A DNA stretch of 45,013 bases from Octopus bimaculoides (GCF_001194135.2 NC_068995.1:567081-612093), one strand, 5' to 3'; numbered from the stretch's first letter, positions 24,391 through 37,388 are shown. Made by a program: numbers and translations. Notes: generated by a model from the sequence alone, not told the origin.

Positions 24391-24949
24391 CATATATGCA
24401 TGCCTACATATATACATATATGTATAACCACACACACACATTTGTGGATATTCATATGTTCATGAGCAAGCATAGTTGAGTGTAGCTCTATGAGCCTTCG
24501 TGTGTGTGTGTGTGTGTGTGACTGACTGTGCAGTTGTTGCTCATCAATTAGTAGAATTTTGAAATTCCAGCCTCATTTTTCCGTTAAGTTACGTCAAGAA
24601 GGCGTAGCATTCAGTTTCGCCATATTTCTCTTGCTAACCCTTGCAACTGGAGATAGGGTTTGTTTTGTTAACTACTTCCACCACAACAACCATCACCACC
24701 ACAACAACCATCACCACCACCACTACCAACGTCAACAACACCAACAACCCTGTTATACCATCGCCTCTACGACGACCACTACACTGCTCAAACATCAGCA
24801 CCATTTATCACAGTTAATACTCTACCATCTCCACCAGCACCTCTACTCATCGGCACCACCACCTCCACCATCATGTACTCGCACCACGTATTCTGGAAGT
24901 ACGATTGTATCTATCATAGTTTGTTTGAAAACAATAGGATGCAACAGGA

Positions 24950-24951
<2 letters not shown>

Positions 24952-24998
<47 letters not shown>
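24952..24998. repeat. (GA)n microsatellite
   Basis: Direct reading. Confidence 0.97.
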
Positions 24999-25001
<3 letters not shown>

Positions 25002-25319
25002 CGTCAGTATGAGGTTTAAAAGAGAGATAAGGCTATCACTGTAGAGAGAGACGGAGACAGACAGATTGAGAATTGTGTCTAAATCTGTGAAGTATAGGAA
25101 ACGAGTGTGTATGAATGTGTGTGTGTGTGTGTGTGTGTATGTGTGTGAAAGAGTGAAAGACATAATACATTGATAGTTATCAATCTCCTTGTTGTTCCAG
25201 AACCTAGCTGGTTGATTGAGTGAACGTCTAGACAAACAATCGATTAATTAATTGGATAAATAGTTAACCAGTAATGATGATCACAACGACGATGGTGATG
25301 AAAGAAAGGAAAAGAAGCA

Positions 25320-25915
25320 GTCCGTGTGTTTATTATTGACATTATGACCCTCTCAATTGCAACAAATATTTCCGCAATAAGTTTAAAATATTGTAAAATG
25401 GAAGCCATGAGAATTAATAAGATCTGAGGGAAGAGACAAAGGAAATAATTATTGCATTTAGAATGCACCATTCAAAATCTGCTCAGAAATATATTCACCA
25501 GAAATACGGGGACAAGACAGGGGACATCTGTAACTGTGAAATTATTATGAAATATATCTACGGTAGAACACAACAAAAGCAAGTTTCTGTTGTCACTATG
25601 ACAACAGATATAACAGAAACTGAGTTGCCAAGTGAAACGAGAAACCAGAGGAATTAAAGTAATTAAGGTGTAATTAAGGTGTAAATGTAAGAATAATGAG
25701 TAAAGCTAATGTGATAACAAAGAAAAATCCGTCCATGGCTACCACATTGATAAAGTTGAACAAAGACGAATTGTAGGAAGAAAAAGCGTTTGAGAAGCGC
25801 AGAAACGGAAGGGTTTTTTCAATGGAGACCAAAATCTTCCTTCAAAAATCTACCAACATTATAAAGAATATTCTTCACCCGACATTGCTGGCCATGTGAC
25901 AAAATTGGAAACCAT
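25320..25915 (+). mobile_element. Second R4/Dong-clade LINE fossil
   Basis: NIVKWKP (~25398), FRMHHSKS (~25458), ETEGFF...DQNL (~25803), ETI (~25907). Same motif order as the 15.4-16.1 kb part of the larger copy. Confidence 0.7.
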
Positions 25916-25945
25916 TATTGTTTTTATTATTATTGCTGTTGTTAA

Positions 25946-26164
25946 GGCGGCGAGCTGGTAGAATCGTTAACACTCCGGACCAAATGCTTAACGGCATTTC
26001 ATTCGTTCTTACGTTCTGACTTCAAATTCCGCCCAGGTCGACTTTGTCTTTCATTCTTTCGGGGGTCGATAAAATAAGTACCAGTTATGCACTGGGGTTG
26101 AAGTAATCGCCTATTCCTCTCACCCGAAATTTCCGGCCTTGTGCCTATACCAGAAAAGATTATT
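25946..26164 (+). mobile_element. tRNA-derived SINE family B, best-preserved copy, with possible 12-bp TSD
   Basis: A-box-like ggcggcgagctggtagaatcg and B-box-like gacttcaaattcc. ttgctgttgtta occurs at 25933-25944 and 26169-26180. Confidence 0.9.
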
Positions 26165-26423
26165 GTTTTTGCTGTTGTTATTCGTTCTCCCCACTTCCAG
26201 CCACTCCCCAACGTTCTGCATTGGCACTAGCCTTACCACCCACCACGCACTGACCTTAATGTTTATCTAACTTCCGTGTATCGTTGACCTTCCCTACCCA
26301 CACATCTACCCGAAAGGCAGATATTTAGACTGAATGGAATGTCGCTAACATGGCGATGCGTTATTGTTTTTACACCAGCTAACATCTCCTATATACGTCT
26401 AGATATATACGTACATACACGTG

Positions 26424-26459
<36 letters not shown>

Positions 26460-26568
26460 CATACAAATATATATTTATATCTATTTGTATATCTACATAT
26501 ATATTCATACAAATATATGTTTATATATAAATATATACATGTGTGTGACTGTGTGTGTGTGTGTGTGT

Positions 26569-26600
<32 letters not shown>

Positions 26601-26715
26601 TAAACAGATGCAGGCAGGGGGTGTATATAAGCATACACATAAATGTAAGGCAGAAAATATATTTGTAGTAATTCTATAATTTGCATGAATAAATTAATAC
26701 ATATTTCACATACAC

Positions 26716-26750
<35 letters not shown>

Positions 26751-27096
26751 CTATGTGTAACATATATATCATATGTATGTATGTATGTACGTAATGTGTG
26801 TATATAAACCAACCTTTCCAGCACCTGTTTGTATTTGTATGTATTCCTGTTTTGACAACTAAATATGTTATTTTATATCTGTATATCTATGCACACACAT
26901 TCAGAATTACACACACACACACACACATGAATAACTATATATACCTCTATGGGCTTTCATGTATGAGTATATGGACGTACACTTATACCTTTATATATAC
27001 GTATACAAATGCGTGTGTGTGTATATTTTCTTACTCTTTTATGTGTAGAAGCACTAACATACGCATCCATACATACTGACACGTACACAACACACA

Positions 27097-27132
<36 letters not shown>

Positions 27133-27412
27133 TATAGATAAGCATATGTATATATATACACACACACACACACACATGAATACACACACGCACATATATA
27201 CTATTGTCCCATATGATATTTTGGAATCCGAGTCTTTTACCTATCTACACTCTGAGCTTCTCTTTGTCGATCTTTGGACGCGTGTAGAGAATGAAACGAG
27301 ATGTTTAAAAGAGTAACAGGAAAAATATTTCAATATTTAGAGTAGTTTTTGGTTCTGCCATAAAATAGAAAGGTTTTCGCTGGACGACTGCATAACTCGG
27401 CAGGAGCACAAT

Positions 27413-27535
27413 GCAGCATAGTGTTGCAGCATAGTGTTGCAGTCCCTTTTGCAGTACCTTTTGCAATCCATTTTGCGTACCTTTTGCAGTACCGTTTGCG
27501 TACCTTTTGCAGTACCTTTTGCGTCCCTTTTGCGG
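27413..27535. repeat. Minisatellite: 2 x gcagcatagtgtt, then 8 x gc(a)gtacctttt (11/12-bp units)
   Basis: Units read directly. The later units alternate 11 and 12 bp. Confidence 0.92.
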
Positions 27536-28139
27536 TGTATATTCACGGTCATGAAAGGTGCGACAATTCATATTGGATAAAACTTGTAATCCTTTAAAAA
27601 AAAAAACTTTACAGTGTTTAAATTGTTTTTACATTTTACCACTAATCACTGACGCCCATATAGGATCATTTAAAAAAATCAGGACCATCCTGCAATTAGG
27701 ACGATTACGTTTACGATGAGGAAATCAAGAGAAACAATAAGACAATTGAGATTGAAAATGTCAAAACTGAATTTGGTAACAAATTTGAAATTGAGAATGA
27801 CGAATTTGAGGGGGAAAGCCTGTGTATATATGCACGACAAAGGGTCAGCCAAAATAATTAAAGAAATTTGAATATTGCAAATCCATACTATGGGGGAAAT
27901 GAGAATATAAGTACATTGTTTCTAAGGCAAACGATGTGAGACATGAAAGGGTGAAGGGATCTCCTAATGACCGTTTCTTCAGGGAAGACAACGCAACTTC
28001 CTCTCCCAATCATTATATACATGCATATGTGTACGTATGTTTGTGTATATGTGTGTATGCGTGTGTATAAATGGATCTTGATCAGAATCCAGATGTTTGT
28101 TTGCTCATCCACGTTTTGTGAATTAGCGAGTAAATGGCT

Positions 28140-28197
28140 GAGTATACCAGAGACACGTGTAAACTTAACGTAATTCTCAGGTAAAATCAGCGTGACA
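28140..28197 (-). mobile_element. SINE family C core fragment
   Basis: Reverse complement of gtcacgctga...aattacgtta...tacacgt core seen at about 38040-38095. Confidence 0.65.
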
Positions 28198-28374
28198 TGG
28201 TCTTTGTGTTGGTGTGACAATGCTGTGGTCTTGATTCTAACAGGCTTCCGTGCAGTTTCCATCCACCTAATTTCATTGGATTTGGAGAAACCCAAGAGTT
28301 GAGACAATGTCAGTTAACCAAAACACTAAGAGTGATTACGAAATGAACTTCTTGACTATCTGGCCATTCTTCAG

Positions 28375-28427
<53 letters not shown>

Positions 28428-28672
28428 TACGTGTATACATATATATAATGAAATAAGCAAAGCAAGAGCACACACTGAGACGGAAAGTGTTACTCAAGAG
28501 GTCACATATGTGTGACGAAAGATTTCCGGACAATTGACACGAGTTAGAATAAGAACAGTAATAAAGCAGTGAAGAACGAATAAATAGTGCGTGTGTTCAT
28601 TTGGCAAAAAAACAAATGACCGTTCCGAAGTACAATAATATACATATATACACATACATACATACATACATA

Positions 28673-28736
<64 letters not shown>

Positions 28737-28902
28737 CACACACATACACAGATGCACTTATGTTGTTTTACAGCTTATATCGTTTACACTAAGTCGGTTC
28801 TGTCATTCCTGACGTTTTTGTTGTTGTTGTAACATTCACTTCAAGGTAACTATGCAGATATATCAGTTACGCACACACATAGGTATACACTATATTATAT
28901 AT

Positions 28903-28942
<40 letters not shown>

Positions 28943-30199
28943 GCATATATCTAAGCAGATATAGCTATACTTATGTATGCATGTATATCTAGTAAGTCTA
29001 CCTGAGAATATGAAATACTATAATGTCTTATCAGCCCTAATAAATAACTGGTATTTTTGTTTTACTGTTTATATTTTTACTACATGAGATAATTTAGAGT
29101 GTATGGAGAGAATTGGTGACGCTGTGGCGTTCATTATTCTTTAGACGTATAAATGGTATTTGTGAAGTCCGGTTGAAATCCTATCCCTGACTGAGCTCAC
29201 CTGGAAGGATTATTACGAAGGCGTCAATGAAGGAGGGGCGCTAAACTCGATTGATCTGCTCCTAGTCTTAATAATTATAAGTACACGTTGAATAGATTTT
29301 GACCGAGGTGATCCTAAAAAGTCAAAGCGGCCAAGACTGCCATGTCTTCGATTGCTCGACTAGAGCTGATCCGGAACTAAATAACTATAACTACAAAAGT
29401 TGATGTAAGCCTAAAACTCTTACATTTTCTGATTAAGTAACACGAAGGATAATCAAGATGTTAAATATTGTTGGCAATGTCCGTGATTTGGATTTTGAGA
29501 TTATAACGTCCTCTAGGGTTTCAGGCGTAGGAATGAGGCCCGAACGTGAATCGAAATTGGGTTTCATGGAAGTTTCTAGTAGTCATTAAGCATTTTTAAG
29601 GAAGCGGGACAGTCAATCTTCGGGACGCGGTTTCAATTCCTGGCTGGAGTCATTCCTTTTCATGTATATCAGTTATACTCTTGAAAAACATATGAACATC
29701 TCCCCGCTTTGCACTTTGTAAATTATTTCATGTGTGATAATGATGACAAATAGAAATATCAACTATTATTTAGATGTCATTATATTTCATGTTCTGGGAT
29801 AGATTTACCTTTTAAAGTTCACAATTTTATGCTGTCCCTCTTGTATTACTCTCATACTTACCCAGTATGAGGCTAAGTATGTGTTGTGCCTACCGTCTTT
29901 AGCAAATCAAGTAACTACCTGAATGCTCGGAAACATGCAGCGTTGTCAATTGAGTAAACTCCATTGTATTACTGGTACGAATTTTACTGACTCTAGATTG
30001 AGGAACATCAAAACCAACCCCGACATGATTCGAACTCGCGATGTAGAACTGAAGACTCTAAATCTGCAACTGAATATGATGTTTCCCTTTCACGCTTTAA
30101 GTTTATTCACCACCGGTTGTCTCCAAAATATGGTCCCGGTCTCAAACATCAGATGCCACACCCCTTCATGGCCGATCAAGGACATATTCAAATTCAATA

Positions 30200-30860
30200 T
30201 TCTTCAAAGCTAGACGGTTTACAAAGCATCAGTCAGACCTCTCTTATCTTTATGATCGAGGGCTGTTTAAAACGTACAGAACTCCTATCTCCCCAATACA
30301 AGACCCAAGTACAAAGCATTAAAACGGACCTCAGACTTCACTTCACAGCCATCGACTGCTCGACTGCTCACAGGGAGGTCTTAGTCAATGGAGCTGATGT
30401 CACCTTACCCTCTTGTTCTTCACGACTCACCTCTACTCGATGTAGCAAAACTCGATTTTCCTTGAGACTAAGTCCTGTTCTATTTGTCTAAACACACATC
30501 ACCTCACAAATGAGTTCAGTGAAATACTTCAAAACTGAGCCCTTCCCTAAGTGGCAAGACCTCGGCTCCCTTAGAGCACAGACCTGCCCAAAGTGTCACA
30601 ACTCAACGTTCTATCTTCACGGTTGAGCCTTGCTCAGGTTGTTAAAACACACGACCTATTCACAGTTGAGTATTGCCTAATATCTTAGAATTTAACACTA
30701 CTCACTGCCGAGTAGCAATGACTCAGTACTCGGCTCATTGTTGTATCCTCTCCCACCTCTTCTCACAGCTGAACCTTACACAGTGTGTCAAAATTCATCT
30801 CACCTTACGTTATACAAACTTGTATCAATCTCGTCTTTGCCTGTGCAAAACAGACGTTCT
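30200..30860 (+). mobile_element. Very old LINE 3' fragment, possibly I-clade (RNase H plus C-terminal Cys/His region)
   Basis: HFTAIDCSTAHREVLVNGADVTL resembles the RNase H W.P.H.GI.GNE.AD motif. VAMTQYSAHCCILSHLF...QCVKIHLTL resembles .LTRLR.GH..L.H.L...C..C...LT. Highly degenerate. Confidence 0.4.
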
Positions 30861-30970
30861 TTAATTAAGGTTGAACGCGTTGCAAAATAACTGTTTCTAA
30901 CCTAAACAGACAAGGATTTTACATTATAGAAGATGGTTTACTCTATTAAATGTACCCTCAGTACATGACT

Positions 30971-31012
<42 letters not shown>

Positions 31013-31059
31013 TACATGTTAACGACGCCGCAACAATTTAAAAGAAATCAACAATTGGT

Positions 31060-31150
31060 AGCGGCGTGATTTGAACTCGGAACGTAAAGGAATAAAACTA
31101 AACACATGAAGGAAAAGTGTTTTTGGTCCGACACTCTATATTGATCTTGT
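31060..31150 (-). mobile_element. SINE family B-related fragment
   Basis: gatttgaactcggaacgtaaag...tttggtccgacactcta, similar to the other minus-strand B copies. Confidence 0.55.
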
Positions 31151-32562
31151 TAACAGAACCCCCAATACCACAACCACAACAACCAGCATCACCGCTACTA
31201 TCATCATCACCACCGCCGCCGCCGCTATATGGTAACACACTGCAAGACATCACTAATTGTTCCAACATCTCAACACCGTTGGGATTTCACAAATATTATA
31301 CTGCTAGAGTAGGCAATGATGATGATGACGATGATGTTAATAGAGGTGGCGATGGAGATGATGGTGGTGGTGGTGGTATTGGTGGTGGTGGTGAAGGCAG
31401 TAATGTGAAGCAAGTGAGAACGATGGAGATGAAGAAAGTGATGTAGGTATGTGTAGTGGTATGTGTGTGTCGGTGGTGATAGTGTTGGTGGTGGTGGTGG
31501 TGGTGGTGGTGGTGGCAGAGTTTGGCGGTGTATTATGTTGTGGTGTGTTGTGGTGCTAATGGTTGCATACATCAACTAAGAATGCTTCAAAGAAGAAATA
31601 TATTTTATCTGATAAAGTACACCTGACAAAAAGAAGTCTTCATTCGGAGAGTCCTTCTCCACCCCCCTCTATCCCCCCTCTCTATCCCCCTCTATCCCCC
31701 CCTCTCTCTCTCTTTCTCTCTCTCTTCTCTTCTCTTTCTGCAATAAAACCATAATATTCCAGTAATATTTCAAAACCGAAAATAGCAGCACAAAAGACAA
31801 CACAGACTGACAGAAACATACATAAATTCATAAATACGTACATATACACACAGAAATTTACATGTGTGTATATACATATATATATATAAACGTACATATA
31901 TACGTATATATATATGTATGTGTGTGTGTATAAACGTATATATATATATATATATATACATGCATATATGTGTGTGTGTATATATATATATATATGCATA
32001 TACAAAGGTAACCACAAATAAACATGTACGTATTTCTATACGCACATACTTATATATAGTCTGATATAGATACATAAAAGTATGCATTTTAACATGCAGA
32101 CATAAGCATACCATACATATAGGTGTATATTTATATATATATATAGATATGTATGTATGTATATGCACATCCAGGTCGTCACATATTTTGGTATTTTTAT
32201 CTTGAGTTTGTACAATAAGCGAAATTGTTCTCTGCTTGCAATTATCTGGCATACAAGAGGGAGAAAGAGAGCACTTGTGTATTGGAATGAAAATATCTGA
32301 ATGCACCTAGGTAAAGGTAGATGGGGTAGGTGGAGAAATGGGGGTAGAAAGGGAAGGAGAAAGAAATAGAGGAGGTAAGATAATAAGGAAGAAGAAGAAG
32401 AAGAAGAAGAATATCAGTAGATGTTAGAGTAAAATGGAAGCGTTAGGATAAAAATATGAAAATAGAAAATGTTAGGTAAAACAGAATAAAACAAAGAATA
32501 ATAAACACGTGTCAAACAAAAGCCGTGCTTTTCGTGGATGTTAGTAAGCATTTACACTCCTC

Positions 32563-32599
<37 letters not shown>

Positions 32600-33166
32600 G
32601 CTGGTATGTATGTGTGTGGTTATGTGAAGAAAGCAGTACAAAATGCTGAAGGAAAATCCCAGTTGTTTTAAGAAAGCTTAAAAGTCAGGAACCAATCTAA
32701 ACCTGCCGCCGCGCTGAATGAATGAATACGCAAATGGTTGTCTTTTCTTTTTTTTTGCAATGAGCAAATGGCACAGTATTTATACTAAGACGGACAGAAA
32801 TCACATGGACCGCTTTTTATAGGCGTTACTCTGCTATCCATTTTGGTTGGCTCGTTTCTCTCATTTTTTTATTTATTTATTTAGTTCTATCACTATTCTT
32901 ACTGTTTGTTTTTTACTTATTATTTTTTCCATCCATTTGTTATTTACACATACACACGTATATACTTTTTTATTCATTCCCCCTATCGGGTTACTGCTAT
33001 ATATGCAGTTGCGGTTTATCGTAAGGAACATATTCTTCCAAACTTCTCCAAACTTTCGACTTCTTTTATAGTAGCATATAAATATATATATACTCACATA
33101 CAGACATATATATATATATATAAATTATATATTAGCTTTGTTTCCTTTCATCACAAATTCTATCAG

Positions 33167-33304
33167 ACAGTGATACCAACTAACTTGTTCTACACCTAAT
33201 TCTTCCCAATTAAAGAAAATTTAAACAACAAAAACCACAAACAAAACAAAAAATAACAAAGAGAAAAGTCTCAAGAAATACTAAGCACAATGGCTAAAGT
33301 AGTG
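33167..33304 (+). CDS. Candidate exon carrying 5' UTR plus start codon, MAKVV (coding 33290-33304), product unknown
   Basis: Acceptor ctttgtttcctttcatcacaaattctatcag|, A-rich ATG-free leader, context ACA-ATG-G, phase-0 donor GTG|GTAAGT followed by T-rich intron-like sequence. Confidence 0.4.
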
Positions 33305-34068
33305 GTAAGTCTTGCTTAATTATTCTTTAATTCGTGTCACTTTAATCTTAACCCTTAATTTCTAATCTTAAAGCCTATTCCTTAATTTCTTCTTTAAATT
33401 TTTCACATTTTCAACATTCGCTTTTTAATTTCGTTTGTTTTTATCAATTTTTGTTGTTCTTTTTTAAAATATTAACAAAGAAGAAAAAACGAAGTTAAAT
33501 ATATTTTTCGATATGATAAATAATATTCGTTCTTTGTAACCAATTATTATTCCATTATAATATTGTGATGTATTTTCTTGTATTGTACGGGATCCCAACA
33601 TTTTATTGGAAGCTGTGTTCCATAATTTACTCCTTTGCACCCAAGTTCCAGCACCCCTAGAGGTGCTATCACACCTTTTCTCTTTATTTTAACAACAGCA
33701 CGTGTAACCCTTTATAATCCCAAATGACCTTCTTTGTTAAGCCATTGAACTGTACTTTCACGGTGTTATAACTGATATTTCTAGTAGGAGAAACGACCAC
33801 CTCACGTAGACAACTTTAGTTCATAGAAGCTCAAAATTGATAAACTATTCAGCATACATCTATGCTCACACATACATACATTTCTTGCACCTGGCAAGCA
33901 GAAGAAAAAACAGATTATTTGATTACCTGGGTGGTACAGGTGAAGTAATTAGGGAAAGTACTTTAGGAAAGTATATTATTCTTAATCAATTACTGTTCAG
34001 GAATTCCGATATCAACTGTCTGTCTGGCTCTTTCTCTCTCTCACACTTTCTCTTTCTCTCTCTCTCTT

Positions 34069-34146
<78 letters not shown>

Positions 34147-34579
34147 ACTTGTATGATTTTTGTGTTGCTTACCTCCAGAATATGTATAATTATTGCTGTT
34201 TGTTTGATTGTTTTTTACCGGTTTTCACCAACTTTTGACCTCTCACCTCTCAGTTGTCCACCAATGCACAATACACATATACACTCACACCACACATCCA
34301 CACAAATATGTATTACATTTGTGCATAGATTTACCTTACGCGTTATCCGTGGAGGGGAAGATTATTGGTAGATTGGTTGTAAGACTGTTGCTTTAAAGGT
34401 CTGGGCAAATATCTTAACTTTAATATTACAACTTCTTTTATTAACCTTAATCCTAACCGGTATTTTTAACTACTGTACTGTCATGTAATAATAATAATAA
34501 TAATAGTAGTAGTAGTAATTTTGTGCATAAACATAAGGCTTGAAATGTAGGAAATGTAAGACCAATAATAGTGGAAAAC

Positions 34580-34727
34580 GTTAAGAACAGTTTGTGACTG
34601 GAAGACGATTTATCAACTTTGAATGGATAAAAGGTTAGGCTGACCTCGAAGCATTTGAAGCCAGAGAAAGAACCCGATCAAATCTTGCAATTCGGTTTTA
34701 GTCCGACACTCTCTCTCGATTCTGCCA
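34580..34727 (-). mobile_element. SINE family B, diverged
   Basis: gacctcgaagcatttgaa...gtccgacactctctcgattctgcc. Confidence 0.6.
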
Positions 34728-34945
34728 TAAAATAATAATAACAATGAACACGAAATGCAATGCTGCACTTGCCCTGTTAATTCGGACGTGCACCTCGAGC
34801 TGCAACAGAATTAATTAAAATTATGGAAGACAAGTAATAATAATAATTAATATTATTATTATTATTATTATGTCAATAAACCTAATAATTATTGCCATGT
34901 AATTACCAGTTCAAATATTATTTTGTTGTAATTGGTTTTTATGGT

Positions 34946-35144
34946 AAGACGGCGAGCTGGCAGGTTTGTTAGAATGGCGGTAAAAAAATATACCTTCTGC
35001 TATTCGTTCGGACTTCCTACGTCTTGTGTTCAAATCCCAGCAAACCAATAATATCAAGAACCAGTCAAGTACTGCTTCGATGGCATTGGTCAAACCCTCC
35101 CCTGCAAAAATTACGGATCCTTTACCTAAATTAGAAACCATTAT
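34946..35144 (+). mobile_element. SINE family B, internally deleted
   Basis: aagacggcgagctggcag...gtgttcaaatccc...accagtcaagtact...ttagaaaccattatt. Confidence 0.7.
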
Positions 35145-35146
35145 TT

Positions 35147-35325
35147 AGGCTGGTGGATTGACAAAATCGTTAGTGCGTTGTTGGAAAGGCCTTGCTGAAG
35201 TTTTTTGGTTCTTTGCGTTCTGAGGTTAAATCTCGCCGAATTCACCGTTCCTTCCCACCCCCAGCTTCCCGGTGTAATCAGCTAGATCTTTCTCCTCTCA
35301 AAATTGTTGACCTTGTACCATAAAG
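35147..35325 (+). mobile_element. SINE family B, second copy head-to-tail with the previous one
   Basis: gacaaaatcgttagtgcg...cgttctgaggttaaatctcgccga...ctcaaaattgttgaccttgtacc. Confidence 0.6.
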
Positions 35326-35739
35326 CCGAGGTCTGGGTCTTTACATCCTTTTGCTACCAGTCTTCTTGGCCATAAAGTAAAACAGCCGCTTGCCTCCTCC
35401 ACGTTTTTTTCGTTTTAAGTTGACTTTCAATGAAATCAATGTCATTGCTTTCCTTGTGCAAATGTCAGGTTTTAAAGACATTGCATAAGAGATCTGTCAA
35501 CTGTCAACTGTTGTCCCACGACTGACAAAAATAACGACAACACCGTCTAAATATATACGTAAATAAATAAATAAATATGTTTGATATGTTTATGCATTCA
35601 GTTCTATCCATATATGGAGTTGGGAAAGATGTCGCAGATATTTTTAGGTTGTGAAACAGCATTTGTAAATCTGTTCGTTCTTCCTCCAAGGAATTGTAAG
35701 GAACTGAAATATAAATATTAAGGCGGGGGAAGCATATCA

Positions 35740-35905
35740 AGGTATAGCTGTGTGGTTAGGAAGTTAGATTCGTAACCACGTGGCCTCGGGTTCAATCTCA
35801 CTACGTGACACTTTGGTCATATATCTGCTACTTTAACTCCACATGCTGACCAATGCCATGTGGGTGGGATTTGAGAGATGGAAACCTCAAAGAAGCTTAC
35901 TATAT
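35740..35905 (+). mobile_element. SINE family A, 5' part
   Basis: tagctgtgtggttaggaag...gggttcaatctcactacgtgacactttgg...gatggaaac...aagaagc. Confidence 0.75.
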
Positions 35906-37281
35906 ATGCTGAGAGACAAGAAGAAAGTGATAGGGATGTGTGTCTCTCTATAGTTACATCAATGTTCAAGTTTACCGGAGTAAACCGATGTTAAGTTGTG
36001 TTTCTTTGCATGTCAAAATCATAACTTACAATTTGTCTTGCAACAGCAAATTCTCGGAAAGTCTTCATTGAAAACCTTTCACCAATTCCTTCTCCTGAAC
36101 TTCAGGATCACCGCCAAAATTAAACGCAACAAGCTATCAAGATAGCTCATTAATCTTACACAACTGCAATACTTCTCAGAGCAACCTATTGTTTTTAAAC
36201 TGTGGTTCTTTCTCAGATCTTAGTGTAGCTGGGTCATATGTTACAACTAATTGTCTTGGCCACCGTACAGTTAGCTTTCTGTTCTCTCTTTTATCAACTG
36301 TAACAAATTATAAACTAGATCACGCATTGCTGTTTTTTTACTAATAAGCTTTCAGCTGAATTAAATTTGTTGATATGCAGGTTCAATTCTAACCGAGATA
36401 TGTTAGTCAATGTTGAGGATAGTTTTGAGGAGCTGTTGCGGACAATATTTCAATCGATGGCGAAAGACACCCTTCGAAATTATCGATTATTTTTATTATT
36501 ATTCACGTTTTACTTGATAGATATCTTAAAAGACAAACAGACAAACCGACAGGCAGATAGACAAAGTGGGGCAGAATGAAGTGTCATCTGTCGTTGGAAA
36601 AGAAATATCCGAGACTCGCTTTCGTTACAATTTCAGAAAGAATCTGGAGAGGAACCAACAGACATCCATCTCTAAAAAGAGATGGAAACATAAAGCAATC
36701 CAAAGACTCAGTTTTCAACAATGAAATTCAAAAGAATTTGTTTATTAATAATTATCAGTAAAGAGGAATTAGTGGTGATCATGTTGTTCTTGTTAGGGTA
36801 AGATACTTATGTGAAGGAAATTCCCTGATTAGAGACATGGACACAGATTTATAAAATACCGGGAAGAGATGTTGTGTCGTTCATCCATTTCTTTTACGCC
36901 ATTAGTCGCTAACAATAAAGGGATATAAAATGGTTTTCTTATAAACCCCCCACCCCCACCAAGTAAAATAAAATACTTTTTAACGGAGGTGTGATTGTGT
37001 GATGTTCTTAAAATACTTTTTCAAGGACATTGCCAAAGCATGAGGTGAATCAGATCCGACCTCGATTCGAAACTGAATATGCAGCCTTATCTCGTTAGCT
37101 TCCTACACTTTGTTCTATGCTACTTACCACCCGCACAGCTTTTCCGATTATTATTTTTATTGTTTTTTTTTATTTTTAATATTCATTTTTGCTTCTAAAT
37201 TTTTTGGCATAATTGTCTTCCATTTTTGACAATCAGAAGACGTGACGGCTGTGACCTTCAGTCATTTCTCAAGGTTATCAA

Positions 37282-37388
37282 TGACGTCAGAGAATTGAAA
37301 CTTGGCGAATGGCGGCAACACAAACCCGAGTCGCTGTTTAGATTCTCTCTTTGCTTATCGTTCTTCTCACCAGTTCGCCGCCATCGCC
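37282..37388. promoter_or_regulatory. CpG-richer patch with a palindromic CRE and two opposed YY1-like ATGGCGGC motifs
   Basis: TGACGTCA 37282-37289; ATGGCGGC on + (37309-37316) and on - (37377-37384). Motif presence only. Confidence 0.25.

Noticed and set aside
27413-27535. CRISPR-like array
   Set aside because: Units are contiguous 11-13-mers with no unique spacers, there are no cas genes, and the context is eukaryotic.
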